Of a stretch of DNA of 64,000 bases, positions 49,085 to 57,868 are shown in pieces. The stretch is taken from contig JABCTZ010000001.1 of the NCBI GenBank assembly GCA_018238155.1, forward strand, positions 51,691 through 115,690, in the 5' to 3' direction. How positions within the stretch are numbered: the first letter of the stretch is position 1; every line of letters starts with the position of its first letter. The notes beneath the pieces are model-generated. The model did not search any database and was not told the DNA's origin. It worked only from the letters and a program-made list of their open reading frames with translations. Source of the DNA: Candidatus Heimdallarchaeota archaeon (lineage in GTDB: Archaea; Asgardarchaeota; Heimdallarchaeia; JABLTI01). Made by a program: the position numbers and the translations under genes.

Positions 49085-50206
49085 TTAAGTTGCTTTTTTC
49101 TTTGCTATTTTAACCAAAGAGCGAATTGTACCTGAGACTTTCATAATATGAAATAGAACCCGTTCATTTTCAATCTCTGTTATGAATGAAAAGACCGCTC
49201 TGATTGATTGTAATGAATGATTTGTGCAGCGAATAATTCCAATTTGACTTTCTAAATCATAGTGTGAGAAATATAAACCAACTCTAGAACTTCCAACGGA
49301 CCCAAAATGATAACCGATTTCTTTCCACACTAGATCTTCAATTTGCTTCTTTTCGTATTTAGTATTTTTCTGTGAAAGAATTTCAAAGAGAACATATCTC
49401 TGTCTATCTAATCTTCTTTTTTCTTTAGACTGTTTAATGAATTCTACTGGTAAATCATCAAGTTCAATCTCAACATCAGATATCTTTTTCTTTTTGAATT
49501 TAGTTTCTTTTGGTGATTGATTCTTACTTTTCTTCCAGATGCCTGTTGCAATGAATTCATCGCCGAGTTTTTTCTTATTCAGTTGTATTCTTTCATAAAA
49601 TGCTTTCATACAATCTTTAGTTCTCAGTTCTGGGACTCCAATAAGATTACCTAATGCAATAATTGAACGCAAATCTCTTAGATCATACGGATTTTTTGCT
49701 TTTGTAGTAAAAATAAAAGGTGCTCTTTGTTTTAGTATTAATCTCATTACTCTTGCTAATTTATGCAGAATAATCGATTTTCTGTCTGCTGAATGTATTA
49801 TTGAGCTTAGGTCTATTTCAAGAAAAGTTTGATTTGTTGCTGCAACATTTGCTAATTGTTCAGATATTATCTCTTTTATTTTTGAGACAGGAATTGATAG
49901 AATGTCAACTCTATTATCTTTTACTACCCACTGAGCGATTTTTGCATCTATAGTGGTCACACTCAATATTTCACATTGCTTTCTTTCTTTTGAAAGAAAA
50001 TCTCGTACTTTATTTAGATTTGGAATATTGATATCCTTTCTTGAAAAATGTTCAACGGTCTTTTGTGTTTCAGCACTTTTTCCATCTTTGATTGAAAAAT
50101 CACAAATTGCATAACCAGTAATTCCTAAACGTGAAGCAAAAGTATCAAATTCAAGCATTAATTTCTCATTTTCAATATATACTGTTGGTTCAACGAAAGG
50201 AATCAT
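49085..50206 (-). CDS. Fused RNase P proteins Rpp30 (N-terminal) and Pop5 (C-terminal)
   Basis: N part: RVDIL, LEI, A.NPYDLR..R. C part: RYVLFEI, FG..G, GIIRC, VSGTIR. Position after rpl15e-DUF54 matches the archaeal exosome superoperon order. Confidence 0.85.
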   Translation of the reverse strand: MIPFVEPTVYIENEKLMLEFDTFASRLGITGYAICDFSIKDGKSAETQKTVEHFSRKDINIPNLNKVRDFLSKERKQCEILSVTTIDAKIAQWVVKDNRVDILSIPVSKIKEIISEQLANVAATNQTFLEIDLSSIIHSADRKSIILHKLARVMRLILKQRAPFIFTTKAKNPYDLRDLRSIIALGNLIGVPELRTKDCMKAFYERIQLNKKKLGDEFIATGIWKKSKNQSPKETKFKKKKISDVEIELDDLPVEFIKQSKEKRRLDRQRYVLFEILSQKNTKYEKKQIEDLVWKEIGYHFGSVGSSRVGLYFSHYDLESQIGIIRCTNHSLQSIRAVFSFITEIENERVLFHIMKVSGTIRSLVKIAKKKAT

Positions 50207-50213
50207 TGATGAA

Positions 50214-50684
50214 TCAATCCTTCTTTATCAATCCATATTCTTCAAGTGTTTTCTCAATCAACTGTGGCTTACGTTGATAAACTATCAATTTGATTACAAG
50301 TTTAATTGTATTATCTTTCTCATCTAAAGTAAATGTTTCATTAAGAGCATCTTGTTTGTTTGCTCGTATATACAAGCAATTATCTTCCCCTAAATGGTTA
50401 TCTAGTTCATCAAAAAGAAATTCTTTATCCGCATCATCTAAAAGTTCGGCAAGATAGTTTACCATCTCGAGTATTTTTCTTCGATGTTTTACTACTAGTT
50501 CTAAAAGATGTATTGGATGTCCTGCATGACCACTGATGTCAAGGTCGGTTATTTCTTCTATTACGCGCAATTTTTCTGGAAGGAAGAATAGCATTGCTTC
50601 TTTGACCTTTTGTAGGTCTTCAGTAGCATGTGCACTACAAGAAATTCTAATGTCATTTATTTTGATAGCGTTTTCTGATGACAA
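50214..50684 (-). CDS. DUF54 RNA-binding protein (exosome superoperon)
   Basis: HATED..KV, GH.G.PI and LYIR..KQ motifs. Confidence 0.88.
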   Translation of the reverse strand: MSSENAIKINDIRISCSAHATEDLQKVKEAMLFFLPEKLRVIEEITDLDISGHAGHPIHLLELVVKHRRKILEMVNYLAELLDDADKEFLFDELDNHLGEDNCLYIRANKQDALNETFTLDEKDNTIKLVIKLIVYQRKPQLIEKTLEEYGLIKKD

Positions 50685-50769
50685 ATATATTGACTCCTAA
50701 ATAAGAGATTTGTAATTAGTAAAAAATAAAAGATAAAGAAAGAAATCGACTAATTGTCGAAATCTTGGA

Positions 50770-51348
50770 TTATTTACCGTCTCTTTTATGTGCTCTAAGA
50801 GATGGTCTGATTTTTTCAGTTCCTGTACCTTTCCTTGACAGACCTCTTGATTTTTTGCCTGCACTGGTTAAGCCTCTGAACACTCTTCCTTTATTAGCGG
50901 GTCTGCAAATCCAATTTATTTTTGGATCTTTGACGATTACTGGGTTATGAGGGTCAACTAATATGACTTCAAACCACTTGAATCTTCCATCTTCGCCTAC
51001 TGGATACGAGTTGAGTACTTCAAGGTTAGGATATTTACGTGCAACACGTTCTTCTGAAATCCATCTGAAGCTTTTGCCTGGTTGGATTTTTCTCACAGCT
51101 TGACCCTTGCCAGTTCTACCTTGACTTGGTCTGCTTTTTCTTAAACGTGTTCTTCTAATCCTAATTCTAATAATAACATAGCCTTTCTTTGCTTTGTAAC
51201 CTAAAGCTCTAGCACGATCAATTCTTGTTGGCTTTTCAACTCTAATAGTTGTACTTTCTTTACGCCAAACAATTAACCTACTACGTTGTAAAGCTTTAAA
51301 TTCAGGACTGTTTCTATTTTTCCAAAATTTGCCAACGTATTTATACAT
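50770..51348 (-). CDS. rpl15e: Ribosomal protein eL15
   Basis: MYKY, PTR.DRAR.LGYKAK.G, NLEVLNSY and RGLTSAG motifs; ATG at 51348 follows AAGGTG. Confidence 0.97.
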   Translation of the reverse strand: MYKYVGKFWKNRNSPEFKALQRSRLIVWRKESTTIRVEKPTRIDRARALGYKAKKGYVIIRIRIRRTRLRKSRPSQGRTGKGQAVRKIQPGKSFRWISEERVARKYPNLEVLNSYPVGEDGRFKWFEVILVDPHNPVIVKDPKINWICRPANKGRVFRGLTSAGKKSRGLSRKGTGTEKIRPSLRAHKRDGK

Positions 51349-51518
51349 AGTTTTACACCTTACCAATTCCGCTTATGCGACATCCAGGTAAAGGATTATT
51401 TACTAGAATTAATTCTAGTTTGTATTGTGTGAAAACTTTAGCTTTTTATGTCTTTCTAAGAAGTAGGTAAATTAATAATATCTGTTTTTGGTATTATTTA
51501 CTGTCCAGTTTATAGGTG

Positions 51519-51768
51519 ATGTTCAATGAAAAAGCTAATTTTATGGTTGTGGTTGCTGTGATAATTGAAAATAATCATGGATAGATTTTGTTAATTAAAA
51601 GAAGTCCTGATTCTGAGTTACCTAATTGTTTGGGAGGATGCTGGTGGTCATTTAAAACAATCTGAATACAGATGGCTCTTTCCTGAGAACGCACTAAAAA
51701 TTATGACTCATCATATCGTTGTCAGTAATACTATTCAATTTTTCAATGAAAGGAAACGATTAGGATAA
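51519..51768 (+). pseudogene. Nudix hydrolase pseudogene
   Basis: MFNEKANFMVVVAVIIENNHG*ILLIKRSPDSELPNC, a frameshift, then WEDAGGHLKQSE-YRWLFPENAL; in-frame TAG at 51582-84; the REUxEE box is missing. Confidence 0.75.
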
Positions 51769-51880
51769 AAATAGAATGAATATTATTCACACCGGTCAGA
51801 ATCTAGCTATATTTAACCAACTCTTTCTAATAGAGTGACCACTGTATGAAATATTATCTTAAGAAATTATGGTGTTTTAC

Positions 51881-52342
51881 ATGAGTATTACAATTAAAGA
51901 AATAACAGCAGAGAATTGGGTTCAAGCACTCAAATTAAAAGTGAAAGATGATCAAGAAAATTTTGTAGCGTCTAATGCAGCAAGTATTGCACAATCAAAA
52001 TTCCATACTTTCCTTGAATGTTATGGCATTTATAGTAAAGATACAATGGTTGGTTTCTCAGCATTTGGAAAAAACCCTGAAGATGATACTATTTGGATTG
52101 TTAGATATATGATAGATCAAAAATCTCAAGGAAAAGGATACGGTAAAGGAGCCTTAAAAGTCCTCATCAAATTTATGAAGGAAAAATATTCTTGTTCAGA
52201 GATGTTTTTGGATGTCGCTGAAGAAAATGCTTTAGCAACAAATTTGTATGTTAAAGCAGGATTTAAAAAAACAGGTAAAACAAATGGACATTCTCCCATT
52301 TACAAATTAGTTATTAGTGAATATTCAGAAAATTATTTGTAA
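51881..52342 (+). CDS. GNAT acetyltransferase (spermidine acetyltransferase-like)
   Basis: IT.ENW, Q..FVA.N..SIAQ, IDQKSQGKGYG and LY.KAGF motifs. Confidence 0.85.
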   Translation: MSITIKEITAENWVQALKLKVKDDQENFVASNAASIAQSKFHTFLECYGIYSKDTMVGFSAFGKNPEDDTIWIVRYMIDQKSQGKGYGKGALKVLIKFMKEKYSCSEMFLDVAEENALATNLYVKAGFKKTGKTNGHSPIYKLVISEYSENYL

Positions 52343-52345
52343 TGG

Positions 52346-52683
52346 TGGAGTAAATAATAGTCCTCTTTCTGTTTTGAGGATCACCTTGCGATGAGCTCCT
52401 CTCACGGTATCAATCTACGCGCTCAACCCGCTTCTCCTGGCAAGTCATTGAAGCCAATTTGAGCTTGCTTCCGCGATGATGGGTCGTTTCAACGTTTAAT
52501 ATACGACAGACTCAACAAAGCTTCCGAAGACGCCGTGTATCATTGCTAAAATCGGTATCACGTATCGTTTCTATTCCCAGAGCCAAGATTTCGCTTGACA
52601 GCTTTCACTGTATCGCTTGCCTGGAAGAAAGGACCTTCCTCAGATGCTAACGAGAGCACCCGGAAACCGTTTAATCTACTCCA
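52346..52683 (-). ncRNA. rnpB: RNase P RNA, archaeal type A
   Basis: Minus strand: P1 UGGAGUAGAU/AUUUACUCCA; CR-I GAGGAAGGUCC; AGAAAC; UGAAAC; GCAAG; CR-V AACAGAAAGAGGACUA. Confidence 0.93.
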
Positions 52684-52780
52684 TGATAATCTTAAAGCTA
52701 CTCTTTTTTATCTCTTTCTAGAGATATGCTCGAAATCATTAAATTATTTGAAATTATTAACACATTTGAGTGTGTTTAAA

Positions 52781-53317
52781 ATGCCAATTGAAGTAGAAGT
52801 AAAATATCGAGTAGATGATTTAGAAGAGATAGAATATCAACTAATGGAATGGGGAGCAAAACTAGTTGAAATGGTAATACAAAGGGATCATTATTATAAT
52901 CATCCTGCTCGAGATTTTGCAAAAACGGATGAAGCCCTTCGTATAAGAGAAGAGGGTACCGAAGTTTATTTAACTTATAAAGGCGCAAAATTCAATGAAA
53001 AATCCAAGACAAGAAAAGAGATCGAAATCAAAATTACCAATAATGAACAAATGTCTGAAATATTAATTTCTTTAGGATTTAGAAAAGCTCTTGTTGTGAG
53101 TAAAGAAAGAAAAATCTACTTGTTAGATAATATTCACTGGAGTTTGGATTTAGTTGATTCATTAGGAAGTTATATTGAATTAGAAAAAATTGTTTCCTCA
53201 AAAGAAAAAGTGGATCCAACGCTTGAAGAAATTTTTCATGCTGTAGAGAAAATGGGCTTAAAACCCAAAGAAAATATTGCAAAATCTTATTTGGAATTGA
53301 TATTGGAAAAGGAATAA
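52781..53317 (+). CDS. cyaB: CYTH-domain protein (class IV adenylate cyclase / triphosphate tunnel enzyme)
   Basis: EVEVK, D.Y..HP.RDF..TDEALRIR, TYKG, K.R..Y and SYLEL motifs; true start at 52781. Confidence 0.9.
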   Translation: MPIEVEVKYRVDDLEEIEYQLMEWGAKLVEMVIQRDHYYNHPARDFAKTDEALRIREEGTEVYLTYKGAKFNEKSKTRKEIEIKITNNEQMSEILISLGFRKALVVSKERKIYLLDNIHWSLDLVDSLGSYIELEKIVSSKEKVDPTLEEIFHAVEKMGLKPKENIAKSYLELILEKE

Positions 53318-53329
53318 ATAACTGAAGAT

Positions 53330-53587
53330 TCATTGCTCTGTTTTTGAGATTGCTTCTACATTGACATTAAAGCTTTCAATTTCTGCCAGGAGTCTCAATG
53401 TTTCTAATGCATCTTCTTCCTCTACAATTGCCATTGCATATCCAATATGAACTAGTACATAATCATTTAATTTTGGTTTTTCTTCCAATAGAGTAGATTT
53501 TACTTGTCGTATAACACCACCAAAATCGATTTGGAGTGTATCATCGTCGACTACTTCAACAACTTTACCTGGTATTGCTAAACACAT
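53330..53587 (-). CDS. hypC: Hydrogenase assembly chaperone HypC
   Basis: MCLAIPG...DFGG...YVLVH.GYA. Confidence 0.95.
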   Translation of the reverse strand: MCLAIPGKVVEVVDDDTLQIDFGGVIRQVKSTLLEEKPKLNDYVLVHIGYAMAIVEEEDALETLRLLAEIESFNVNVEAISKTEQ

Positions 53588-53829
53588 TGAACATCACTTT
53601 GTGAATGATATAAGTAAGGTAAAAAAGATTGTTATTCATTTTGTAAATTTTATCAGCATTCAATGAAAGTAAAACTAATGTTTTTCTTCTATAAAGAAGA
53701 TACTTTTGATTATTTATTTTCTCAATTAGTTGATTTACATCCTATTATTTCGAATCCTTTTTAATTAAGATTACACTTTATTTAAATTGGGGATGAATTT
53801 TGATACCAAATGAATTAAGAATATCTAAA

Positions 53830-54078
53830 ATGATTTCTGCTGAGAAAAGAACATTCCGTACAAAGGCGGAAACCAAAAAGAAAAGTGCTCATGAAAAGAT
53901 GCAACAAGGTGATCTCAAAGGAGCTAAACAAGATCTTAGAGATGCCCGACAGTTAATTCAAGATGCATTAAGAAATGTGAGGAAATTAGGCGAACGAGGA
54001 AGCAGCGAAAGAACAATACAAGACGATATTGAAGCGTTATGGCGGAGGATTACAACAGAGGAAAACAGTTCAGTTTAA
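53830..54078 (+). CDS. Small basic helical hypothetical protein
   Basis: Open frame with three predicted amphipathic helices; start uncertain. Confidence 0.55.
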   Translation: MISAEKRTFRTKAETKKKSAHEKMQQGDLKGAKQDLRDARQLIQDALRNVRKLGERGSSERTIQDDIEALWRRITTEENSSV

Positions 54079-54199
54079 TTTCTCTTTTTTTTATTTAATT
54101 CGTTACAACCTAAAGAAATTTAATGATGTTTAATCGACATTGAAGCATTCTTTTATTGTTGAATATCATCTATTCAATAAAAGTTGTAAGTTGATAAAT

Positions 54200-55264
54200 A
54201 TGTCATATTGTCTAATTACTCTAAAAAAATATGGCGAATTGATTAGAAGAGAACTAGACAGAAGAAATTTGCTCAATGGATCATTTAGAATAAAAGCAGA
54301 AGAAAAACATTTGATTCTTCCAATAAACAGAGAGTTGACAAAAAAAGAATTATCTACTCTCTCTAAAATTGATTTAACTATAGAGCAATCCTTTAGTGAT
54401 ACTTTGCTTCCAACAAAATTTCTCCCAAAATCACATCTTGATGTTTTGCAAGAATGTTTTTCTGAAAAGGAATTAGACTTAACTCCACGAAGTTTTGATA
54501 CAATTGGTGATATTGTTGTAATTGAAATTCCAGAGGAATTAATAGATAAAAAAGAAGCTATTGGCAGTGCTCTATTAACTGCTCATTCCGCTATTAAAAC
54601 AGTCTATGCAAAAGCCGGTAAAGTAGAAGGAATAAATAGAATTCGTCCTGTAGAATTTCTAGTGGGAGAAAAGAAAACAAAAACCATTTACAAAGAACAT
54701 GGAGTAAGATTAGCAGTAGATATAACACAAGCTTATTTCAGTCCCAGATTGAGCGAAGAGCACTCGAGGATAGCTAATAAGTCCAAAGATAATGAAATAA
54801 TTGTTGATTTGTTTTGTGGCATTGGTCCATTTGCAATACCGATTGCTAAAAAAGTTGATGCTCAAATTCATGCAATTGACATTAACCCAGGTGCAATAGC
54901 GTTACTTGAAGAAAACATCATTTTAAACAAACTACGTGGAACAATTTCTCCTTATTGTGGAGATTGTAGAAAAGTTATTGATAAGTATAAGCTTGAAAAT
55001 GTTGCAGATAGAGTCATAATGAATCTACCTGGATATGCTATCGATTTTGTAGATGTTGCATGTAAAACTCTGAAAAAAGAGGGTGGAATTATTCACTTCT
55101 TTGAATTTGTAGGTGGAGAAAATCCTGAGAAGACTATTGTAGAAGATATTTCTCGTGAATTAGAAAAAAATGGTCGAAAGATTGATTCTGTCCATGAAGT
55201 TCGTAAAGTAAGAATGAGTGCACCAAGGCAATGGCAAATGGTTGCAGATGTAGAAGTAATTTAA
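54200..55264 (+). CDS. trm5: Trm5 family tRNA (m1G37/wyosine) methyltransferase
   Basis: FD.IGDI, YFSPRL..E, DLFCGIGPF, DINP and IMNLP motifs. Confidence 0.9.
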   Translation: MSYCLITLKKYGELIRRELDRRNLLNGSFRIKAEEKHLILPINRELTKKELSTLSKIDLTIEQSFSDTLLPTKFLPKSHLDVLQECFSEKELDLTPRSFDTIGDIVVIEIPEELIDKKEAIGSALLTAHSAIKTVYAKAGKVEGINRIRPVEFLVGEKKTKTIYKEHGVRLAVDITQAYFSPRLSEEHSRIANKSKDNEIIVDLFCGIGPFAIPIAKKVDAQIHAIDINPGAIALLEENIILNKLRGTISPYCGDCRKVIDKYKLENVADRVIMNLPGYAIDFVDVACKTLKKEGGIIHFFEFVGGENPEKTIVEDISRELEKNGRKIDSVHEVRKVRMSAPRQWQMVADVEVI

Positions 55265-55316
55265 TTGAATTGAACACATAATAGAAATAACTCATTATCT
55301 GAAGGAAAGTAAAAAA

Positions 55317-56165
55317 ATGATTACCGTTGAAATAATCTGTTTTGGCAATGAATTACTTTTTGGAAAAACAATCAACACGAATGCAAATTGGTTGGGAAAA
55401 AGACTGGTAATGCTTGGAGCAGAATTACAAAGAGTAACAACAATTGGTGATATACTTGAAGAAATGGCTGAAGTTGTTCAAGAAGCATTAATACGAAAAC
55501 CAAATGTGATTATAACAACAGGTGGTCTTGGACCTACTTTTGATGATATGGCTAATACAGCTATTGCTAAAGCCCTAAATAGGGAATTAGAATTAAATGA
55601 ACAAGCTGTAGGATTTATAAAAGAACGCCTAGACAAACTTCAGAAAGAAAGGGGTTTGGAATTAAAATTAACGGAAGAAAGATTAGGAATGGCTATGGTT
55701 CCAAAAGGTGCAGAGGTGTTAAAAAATCGTGCTGGTTCTGCTCCGGGTGTTATGGTAAAGGAAAATGATACTTTGATTATTTCCGTTCCTGGTGTTCCAA
55801 GTGAAATGAAGTCTATCTTCGATCATGAAATCACTAAATATTTTGATCTTGATCCAACAAAACAATTCTATGAACGTTCAATAGTTGTAAATCATATCCC
55901 TGAAAGCGAATTAGCGAAAGCTATAAGTGAAACACGTGAAAAGTATCCAACTATCTATGTTAAAACTCATCCTCATAGCTCTAAAGCAAGTGCAAAAGGG
56001 ATGATTGAAGTAGAAATTCACATAACTTCTCTCTGTTCAGATGAAGAAGCTGTAAATTTGAGGGAAGCAGAAGTGGAAATAGTAAAGATTATCAAAACTA
56101 TGAAGGGTACCTCCGATAAAAAGCCAAAAATAGCTCTTCAAAATAATGATAAAAAAAGCAAATAA
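55317..56165 (+). CDS. CinA N-terminal / molybdopterin-binding domain protein (no PncC domain)
   Basis: GNELL.G...NTN, TGGLGPT.DD, G.APG and PGVP.EM motifs. Confidence 0.88.
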   Translation: MITVEIICFGNELLFGKTINTNANWLGKRLVMLGAELQRVTTIGDILEEMAEVVQEALIRKPNVIITTGGLGPTFDDMANTAIAKALNRELELNEQAVGFIKERLDKLQKERGLELKLTEERLGMAMVPKGAEVLKNRAGSAPGVMVKENDTLIISVPGVPSEMKSIFDHEITKYFDLDPTKQFYERSIVVNHIPESELAKAISETREKYPTIYVKTHPHSSKASAKGMIEVEIHITSLCSDEEAVNLREAEVEIVKIIKTMKGTSDKKPKIALQNNDKKSK

Positions 56166-56205
56166 TTAAGAAAAAATCTTTGTTGAAATAAAGGAGAAAA
56201 AAAAA

Positions 56206-56985
56206 ATGTACACTACATTTCTAGTCGGTACTGCTGGTTCTGGTAAAAGCTTTCTAACAGCAACTTTGGTTCATTATTTACAAACAAATGAAATCGATGT
56301 TAGAACACTTAACCTTGACCCCGGAGTATTACATTTGCCTTATGCCCCTGATATTGATGTAAGAGATTCTATAAGTATTGATGAAATAATGACCGAATTT
56401 GAATTGGGTCCAAATGGAGGTCTAGTTGCTGCCGTTGATTTGATTACAGCTCAATCAGGAGAAATCATTCAGGAAATAAATGAATTTTCACCGGATATTT
56501 TGTTAATTGATACGCCTGGGCAAATGGAATTGTTTGCTTTTCGTCCAACAGGTGTCCTCGCGGCAACACAATTTGGAGGAGAAAAGAATGCTCTAGTATA
56601 TCTGATGGATGCAAATTTGTGTAAAACTCCATATGGATTAATTAATTCAATGATTCTTTCCTTAAGTGTCCAAATGAGATTCTTCTTCCCACAATTGAAT
56701 ATTATTACTAAGAGTGATTTACTCACTCACGAAAAAGAAGAAGAATTACAAACATGGATAGAAGATATTTATCTTCTTGAAGATGCAGTAAATAATACCG
56801 TCAAAGGAGAGCCTAGAGAATTAGCAATCAAACTCGCTCGAACTATTGATGATTTACAATTATTCCCAGAAACTTTTCCAATTAGTGCAAAAGAAAATTA
56901 CCATATTGACACATTGTATGGGAAACTTCAATTGATTTGGCAAAGTGGAGAAGATTTTCAAGTAGACGATAGAGTTATTCGATGA
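56206..56985 (+). CDS. GPN-loop GTPase
   Basis: GTAGSGKS, NLDPG, LGPNG, DTPGQ.E.F and TKSD motifs. Confidence 0.93.
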   Translation: MYTTFLVGTAGSGKSFLTATLVHYLQTNEIDVRTLNLDPGVLHLPYAPDIDVRDSISIDEIMTEFELGPNGGLVAAVDLITAQSGEIIQEINEFSPDILLIDTPGQMELFAFRPTGVLAATQFGGEKNALVYLMDANLCKTPYGLINSMILSLSVQMRFFFPQLNIITKSDLLTHEKEEELQTWIEDIYLLEDAVNNTVKGEPRELAIKLARTIDDLQLFPETFPISAKENYHIDTLYGKLQLIWQSGEDFQVDDRVIR

Positions 56986-57000
56986 GAAATTTGTTAATCG

Positions 57001-57849
57001 TTATTTGATGATTTTGATTTCAAAATCTTCTTCAATTTCTTTTAAACCATTAGCAACTTCTTTTACATGTCCATATCCAACAACGACAGCTATTCTTTTG
57101 AATTTCTGTGAAATTTCTTTAATTTGATTGATCATATAGCTGTTTCTATCCTCAAGAAGGATTGAAAATAATTTCGGGAAATTTTGATTAAAGATGGTTA
57201 GAATTTCTTCTAATGAATCTTCATCTTTGAAAATTTCTATTACTTCATTTAGATTGATATCTTCATTTTCATCTAAATTGTTAAGACCCTCAAGCAAAGA
57301 TTGACCATTCTTTTCTTTGTTCTCATTTTCTATTGGCTTCGCTACAAGCTTCTCTTCAAAGAGGAGATTGCCAATCATTTCTTGGAATTTATCTGCTTCT
57401 TCTTTGGATACTTCTTCTTCCATATATTTACTAATATCATTTATTGATTTATCAATCAGAAATATTTCAGCACCAATTTCTTTTGCAACTTGATAAGCAA
57501 CTAGCATTTCTTGTCCTGGTTGTTCAGTCTGAATCAACCCTGCTAATTTGCTTTCAAAAAGACCAATATCTTCTAACAAACTTGAGTAATCAAAAGGTTT
57601 CGACAAATCTTCTTTATTTGGATTATCAGAGGATTCAATTTCTTTTTCATTATTCTCAATCTTTTCTCTAATCTCTCTTTCTATGAAATCTCCAGAATTA
57701 TCTTTTTGATTTTCTTGCAACATTTCTAAACGAATTTGATCCAATTCTAAGCAAACAGCATCCGGCTTATCTTCCCTTAGAAATTGAATTACTTTTTTAC
57801 GGCTCTCTGGGTCAATGTGAGTTATTCCGATAATAGAAATTTCAACCAT
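57001..57849 (-). CDS. TraB/PrgY family protein
   Basis: G.THI..S, VCLELD..R, G.EM..A, L..DRN.YM and VVG.GH motifs. Confidence 0.85.
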   Translation of the reverse strand: MVEISIIGITHIDPESRKKVIQFLREDKPDAVCLELDQIRLEMLQENQKDNSGDFIEREIREKIENNEKEIESSDNPNKEDLSKPFDYSSLLEDIGLFESKLAGLIQTEQPGQEMLVAYQVAKEIGAEIFLIDKSINDISKYMEEEVSKEEADKFQEMIGNLLFEEKLVAKPIENENKEKNGQSLLEGLNNLDENEDINLNEVIEIFKDEDSLEEILTIFNQNFPKLFSILLEDRNSYMINQIKEISQKFKRIAVVVGYGHVKEVANGLKEIEEDFEIKIIK

Positions 57850-57868
57850 AGTTCAACAATCCAAAACT

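Noticed and set aside
51582-51584. In-frame TAG as pyrrolysine or readthrough
   Set aside because: The same frame also has a frameshift and a deletion, so gene decay explains it.
52595-52780. 62-aa N-terminal extension of the CYTH ORF
   Set aside because: It overlaps the RNase P RNA antisense; the CYTH ExExK motif begins right after ATG 52781.
57001-57849. TraB as evidence of a plasmid
   Set aside because: The TraB/PrgY family is a common chromosomal archaeal family; there are no mobility genes nearby.
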